From NCBI GenBank assembly GCA_047638395.1, contig JBLIMV010000006.1:58683-122682 (forward strand): a stretch of DNA of 64,000 bases, read 5' to 3'. Below, piece after piece: positions 59,561 to 64,000 of this stretch (position 1 is the stretch's first letter; every line of letters starts with the position of its first letter). The position numbers and the translations under genes are program-made. The notes under the pieces were generated by a model. It saw only the letters and a list, made by a program, of their open reading frames with translations. It was not told the origin of the DNA and made no database searches. This DNA is from Paracoccaceae bacterium (GTDB lineage: Bacteria; Pseudomonadota; Alphaproteobacteria; MPNO01; UBA830).

Positions 59561-60492
59561 CTCGTTTTCTCCCTCTTGCTTTTGAACATTGTCGTCAGAA
59601 ATATGCCGATGGCAATAAGGCCGATGCCGATCGCGTGAAACAGATATGGCTGCTCACCCAGCAGCCACATCGCCAAAATCACGGTGTAAACCGGGATCAG
59701 GTGAACAAAGAGCCCTGCCCTGCCCGGCCCAAGCTGCTCCACCGTATGATTCCACAGGAACAGTGCCAAGATTAACACGAATACCGCATTGAACCCGACC
59801 GTCCACACGGTCGCCCAGATCAGCGGTGTCGCCTGGTAAAAAATACTCTCGAGAATCCAGAACGGGAACACCGCAATTGCCCCGGCGACCAGAATGCCAA
59901 ATACCAGGTTCAACCGGTCCAGTTCCCGCGGCACGCGTCGCATCAGCACGGCATAGAATGCCCATGAAATGGCCGACATCAGGACAAACACATCACCGAT
60001 ATTCAGATCAAAACTCAGAAATACCGCTCCATCACCGCGCCCGATCAGGTACAGCACCCCGATCACCGAGACGATCACCCCGATCCACTGAATCGCCGTC
60101 AGGCGGTCGCGAAACATCGCCCAGGCGACCGCCACGGTCACCACCGGTTCAGCCGAATTGATCAACGCGCCATTAATCGCCGTGGTGAACTGCAACCCGA
60201 CAAACAGCATGCCGTTGCCGCCGATAAACAACAGCACGCCCTCCAGGCCGATAATCTTCCAATGCTTGCGCATCAACGGCCACTGAGCGCGGAGGCTCCG
60301 CCGGCAAATCGGGTAGAGGATCATAAGCGCCAGCGCGCATTGCAGAAACGACATGGCCGCAGGCGGCACGGTGCCGGCGACGTCGCGAACGACGACGATA
60401 CTCCCCGCCCAGCACAGCATCGCCAGCGCACCTGCAATGGCGGCCGGCGGTGCATAGCGCGTCAGCGTGTTGACCGTCGGCGGCCCGCTCAC
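59557..60492 (-). CDS. DMT/EamA transporter (tandem copy A)
   Basis: 10 TM, GLQFTTAINGALI, LNIGD, LGPGRAGLFVHLIP. Confidence 0.92.
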   Translation of the reverse strand: MSGPPTVNTLTRYAPPAAIAGALAMLCWAGSIVVVRDVAGTVPPAAMSFLQCALALMILYPICRRSLRAQWPLMRKHWKIIGLEGVLLFIGGNGMLFVGLQFTTAINGALINSAEPVVTVAVAWAMFRDRLTAIQWIGVIVSVIGVLYLIGRGDGAVFLSFDLNIGDVFVLMSAISWAFYAVLMRRVPRELDRLNLVFGILVAGAIAVFPFWILESIFYQATPLIWATVWTVGFNAVFVLILALFLWNHTVEQLGPGRAGLFVHLIPVYTVILAMWLLGEQPYLFHAIGIGLIAIGIFLTTMFKSKREKTR

Positions 60493-60565
60493 TCAGCGCC
60501 TCGCTCACGCATTTCGGTATTCAGGGCATAATCCGTCATTGCCGCATCTCGAATAGGACGCTTTC

Positions 60566-61501
60566 TCAACCAGATAATTCCCGTTTTCTTTTGAGCAGTG
60601 TCGTCAAAACGATACCGATGGCGATCAGACCGATGCCGATCGCATGGAAAAAGAATGGCTCTTCGCCCAGCAACCACATAGCAAGGATCACCGTGTAAAC
60701 CGGGATCAGATGTACGAAAAGCCCAGCCCTGCCAGGACCAAGTTGCTCCACGGTATGGTTCCACCAGAAAAGCGCCAGGATCGAGGCAAACACCGCGTTA
60801 AATCCTGTGGTCCAAAGCGTTTCCCAGATCAGAGGCGTCGGCTTGTAGAAGATGTTTTCGAGAATCCAGAACGGAAATACGGCGATCGCGCCGGCAACAA
60901 TTATACCGAAAACCAGGTTTAACCGGTCCAGATCGCGCGGCACCTTGCGCATCAATACAGCGTAGAACGCCCAGGAAACGATGGAAATCAGCACGAATAC
61001 GTCGCCGATATTCAGATCAAAGCTGAGGAACACGGACACGTCGCCACGCCCGATCAAATACAGCACGCCGACCATGGAGATGATCACACCGAGCCACTGG
61101 ATCGTCGTCAGGCGGTCGCGAAACATCACCCAGGCGACCGCAACGATGACGACAGGCTCAGCCGAATTGATCAGGGCACCATTGATGGCGGTGGTGAACT
61201 GCAGTCCGACGAACAGCATGCCATTTCCGCCAATGAACAGCAGAATCCCCAGAAGCGCGATAAGCTTCCAGTGCATACGCATCAGTGGCAGCTGAGCATG
61301 CAGGCTGCGGCGACAAATCGGATAGAGGATCATGAGCGCAAGCACACATCGCAGGAACGACATCGCCGCAGGCGGCACAGTACCCGCCACGTCACGGACG
61401 ATGACGATACTTCCGGCCCAGCACAGCATCGCCAGCGCGCCTGCAATGGCGGCGGGCGGTGCATAGCGGGTCAGAATGTTAGGAGTCGGTGTTGGACTCA
61501 C
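60566..61501 (-). CDS. DMT/EamA transporter (tandem copy B)
   Basis: Same length (311 aa) and near-identical sequence to copy A. Confidence 0.92.
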   Translation of the reverse strand: MSPTPTPNILTRYAPPAAIAGALAMLCWAGSIVIVRDVAGTVPPAAMSFLRCVLALMILYPICRRSLHAQLPLMRMHWKLIALLGILLFIGGNGMLFVGLQFTTAINGALINSAEPVVIVAVAWVMFRDRLTTIQWLGVIISMVGVLYLIGRGDVSVFLSFDLNIGDVFVLISIVSWAFYAVLMRKVPRDLDRLNLVFGIIVAGAIAVFPFWILENIFYKPTPLIWETLWTTGFNAVFASILALFWWNHTVEQLGPGRAGLFVHLIPVYTVILAMWLLGEEPFFFHAIGIGLIAIGIVLTTLLKRKRELSG

Positions 61502-62582
61502 CCAGCGCCTCGTTTACGCGTGGCATGACCTCGGTCGCCATCAGTTCCATGGACCGCTTGTCCAGTGCCGGTTCAATCCAGTCATGCCCGGTATAAAGCA
61601 GTGTGCCAAATTCACCGGTCTCTTCGCGGAAAGCCAGTATCTGGTCGACCACGGAATTAACCGTCCCGGCAATGACCTGCGTGTCGAGCGATTGTTCGAG
61701 CGTCACCTGATCGTCCGGCTGATCGGGATACGCCCGAAAAAGCTCCGGTCGCCCGTTGCCGACGAGCTTGGTCATGATGTTGCGGAAATAGAAACCATAG
61801 GGGCCGTCAGGAGATTTCGCATAGTCCCGCGCCTTTGCCGCGTCGTCTGCAACGAAAATAGACTTTGCGACACGCCAGCCCGACCCGTTGACCGGGCGTC
61901 CCGCCTGTTCGAGCCCTTCGAGGTATTTGGGCAGATGCGTCGCAACCCAATGCGCCTGCACATAGTTGGACGTGATCGGATCCCAGCCCCGCGCGGCAGC
62001 AGCGGTAATACCCCGCGAATAGGGTGTGATCGACGTCACGACAATCGGCGGGTGCGGCGTCTGCAAAGGTGTGGAGACGATCCCCTGGCCGATTTCCGCA
62101 TTCAAGGTGCGCTCGGTTGTCGCCGTCCAGTAATCGTTTTTCAGATTGTACGGCGGATCACCGGCCCATATCGCCAGGATCATATCGATCGATTGCAGCA
62201 TCTTTGCGTTGCGGTCGACATCCAGGCTCTCGAACATCTCGGCGTCGGACAGCAACCCGCCCGGGCCGATCCCGAAGATGAACCGCCCATCGGTCATATG
62301 ATCGATCATCGCCACATGCCCCGCCACCATTGCCGGGTGGTAGGATGGCAGTGTTACCGCAGCGGTCCCGAAGGTTATTTTTGTCGCATCATGCGCGAGC
62401 GACGCGATAAACATCAGGTTCGACGTAATCGGTTCCGCGCGATCCGTTATGTGTTCGCCGAAAAACGCCTCGACATAATCGAGATCGTCGGCGAGCAGAA
62501 CCGCCGCCCGGTTCTCGTTCAGAACCTGGCGATAGTCTTTTGCGGGAGGGTGAACCGGCTGAGTAAAATATCCTAAACGCAT
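61479..62582 (-). CDS. LLM-class flavin-dependent oxidoreductase
   Basis: MRLGYF, FFGEH, YHPAMVA...DHMTDGRFIFGIGPGGL.SD, IAGT. Confidence 0.92.
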   Translation of the reverse strand: MRLGYFTQPVHPPAKDYRQVLNENRAAVLLADDLDYVEAFFGEHITDRAEPITSNLMFIASLAHDATKITFGTAAVTLPSYHPAMVAGHVAMIDHMTDGRFIFGIGPGGLLSDAEMFESLDVDRNAKMLQSIDMILAIWAGDPPYNLKNDYWTATTERTLNAEIGQGIVSTPLQTPHPPIVVTSITPYSRGITAAAARGWDPITSNYVQAHWVATHLPKYLEGLEQAGRPVNGSGWRVAKSIFVADDAAKARDYAKSPDGPYGFYFRNIMTKLVGNGRPELFRAYPDQPDDQVTLEQSLDTQVIAGTVNSVVDQILAFREETGEFGTLLYTGHDWIEPALDKRSMELMATEVMPRVNEALGESNTDS

Positions 62583-62646
62583 GGCCGGACTATAGCAGTG
62601 CGTCGGGCTTCGCGATAGAAATCAGACCGCACAGGGAGATTCCGCC

Positions 62647-63009
62647 ATGTATGCCGACCATTCCATCCCGCACGCCGCCGGACAGATCATTATCGCCGTC
62701 TATTTCATCTGGATGGGGCTCAAGAACATCAAGCTGTGGGATATGAACGTGAATCGGATCAAAGCGCAGGGGCTTCCGGCAGCGCCCTGTCTGCTTCTGG
62801 GGTTCGCAATCCAGTTCACCGGCGCATTTATGGTTCTTGCCGACTGGCACACATCCGTCGGTGCGGTTCTACTGATGATCTTCACAGTGTTGGCCAGCGG
62901 GTTACATCACCGGTTCTGGCAAATGGATGATCCGATGATCCGCACATATCATTTTCTGTTGCTGACGAACAATATGTGCATCTTCGCCGGGTTGCTGCTC
63001 CTGGTGTGA
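62647..63009 (+). CDS. DoxX family membrane protein
   Basis: 4 TM, FTVLASGLHHRFW...FLLLTNNMCIFAGLLLL. Confidence 0.85.
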   Translation: MYADHSIPHAAGQIIIAVYFIWMGLKNIKLWDMNVNRIKAQGLPAAPCLLLGFAIQFTGAFMVLADWHTSVGAVLLMIFTVLASGLHHRFWQMDDPMIRTYHFLLLTNNMCIFAGLLLLV

Positions 63010-63012
63010 CCC

Positions 63013-64000
63013 CTACTTTGTCGGCACCACCGGCAGAAGCAGTCGCGAGACATTCTTCGCGTTGTGCCAGAACGTATCGGTGCCAACCTTGTAGTAGAGA
63101 TACTGATGGGTAAATATCGCATCCGTCAGCGGTGAATCGCCGTTGACGATTTCCAGCCGGATCCGGTGCCCCGCCCTGAAGCGGTGCGCACAGGGCATGA
63201 CTTCAATCTCATAGGTGTAAATTTCGCCCGGTTCGATCGGTTGCGGATTACTATGGGTGTAGAACGGGCGTTGTTTCGTGCTGTTTTTCTCGTCCTTCTC
63301 GCGGTGCGAGGCGCGCAGCCATCCCTTTGAGACCACGTTGAATGCCGGCTGCAGACCCTTTGCCCGGTCTTCCTGTGACTGCGGTTGCTGATCAGACAGC
63401 TTGATCACGAAATCCGTATCCGTGCAGGTCGACGACGCCTGTATTTCGAGGACAATCGGGCCGGCAATTTCGAGGTCCTTTTTGAGCGGCGCGGTCGCAA
63501 ACGTCACCACCCCCCGCGCCGGGTCGGGGCCAAAGGGGCCAAAACCAACCGTGCCCAGCTTCCAGCCGGGGTCGGGATAATCGTAGCTGGTCGAACCGCC
63601 ATTTGCTTTCGGCGCTTCGGTTGTCAGCGTCCCGTCATTGATCGAATTGACACTGCCCGATGTTTTCTTACTCAGATAAAATGGCTTGTACTTCGCATTT
63701 TTTGGCGGCCAGACGGCATCTTCACGCCATTCATTGCGGCCGCCAACGTGCAGACGCACATTCGGGCGCTTTTCGTAGCCGTTCTTCTTCCCCTTCAGGT
63801 AGTGGTCGTAGAACGGCAACAGCTCCTGTTCATGATACGAGATGTGATCGAACTGGTCGTGCGCTTCGAATACGTCCTTGGCACCGGTCACCACCAGTTT
63901 CTTCGGCGATTTGACCTTCTCGTAGCCGAGAATATTGCCGCGCAGATGCAGGCCCATCTTGCCCCAATGCCCGATCGACAGAACCGGCACCTTTATCTCG
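63013..64000 (-). CDS. CocE/NonD family hydrolase (C-terminal part; runs off window end)
   Basis: LEIAGPI, TDTDFVIKLSD, GWLRASHR, AHRFRAGHRIRLEI (PepX_C-like domain). Confidence 0.88.
   Translation of the reverse strand, partial: EIKVPVLSIGHWGKMGLHLRGNILGYEKVKSPKKLVVTGAKDVFEAHDQFDHISYHEQELLPFYDHYLKGKKNGYEKRPNVRLHVGGRNEWREDAVWPPKNAKYKPFYLSKKTSGSVNSINDGTLTTEAPKANGGSTSYDYPDPGWKLGTVGFGPFGPDPARGVVTFATAPLKKDLEIAGPIVLEIQASSTCTDTDFVIKLSDQQPQSQEDRAKGLQPAFNVVSKGWLRASHREKDEKNSTKQRPFYTHSNPQPIEPGEIYTYEIEVMPCAHRFRAGHRIRLEIVNGDSPLTDAIFTHQYLYYKVGTDTFWHNAKNVSRLLLPVVPTK

Overview
GC-rich (~60%, estimated by eye) alphaproteobacterial, Rhodospirillales-like chromosomal window; the taxonomy is inferred from gene content and CtrA-type boxes. 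1-13.6 kb: DUF924 and DehI-like genes, an orphan FliL-domain gene, and a TetR-centred catabolic locus (NMT1/SsuA-type ABC transporter, core MetE-like Zn thiol-methyltransferase, Gfo/Idh/MocA, DUF993, TIM-barrel isomerase, LVIVD propeller) with two near-identical promoter/operator copies, followed by a gentisate-type cupin dioxygenase and an orphan HigA. 13.8-43.9 kb: a ~30 kb Wzx/Wzy surface-polysaccharide locus. It encodes a UDP-sulfoquinovose synthase (SqdB/SQD1/Agl3 type) without sulfolipid genes, a sulfotransferase, a carbamoyltransferase, an AsnB-type amidotransferase, two methyltransferases, two deacetylases, DegT, an orphan ThDP E1 alpha/beta pair, two initiating transferases, a WaaL-like protein and Wzc. 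CtrA boxes (TTAA-N7-TTAA) precede most of its transcription units. 44-64 kb: CmtC/CmtD-like meta-cleavage pair, TAXI-TRAP transporter, sulfatase, a back-to-back truncated holin/CI-like repressor scar, hybrid histidine kinase, DctPQM, and an LLM/DMT/DMT/RidA/CoA-ligase/thioesterase operon with a visible 1009-bp tandem duplication. Best candidate for an undescribed system: a CtrA-controlled, sulfoquinovose-containing, possibly branched-sugar, multiply decorated surface glycan. No rRNA, tRNA, CRISPR array or intact mobile element was recognised. All product calls come from motif recognition, not database searches.
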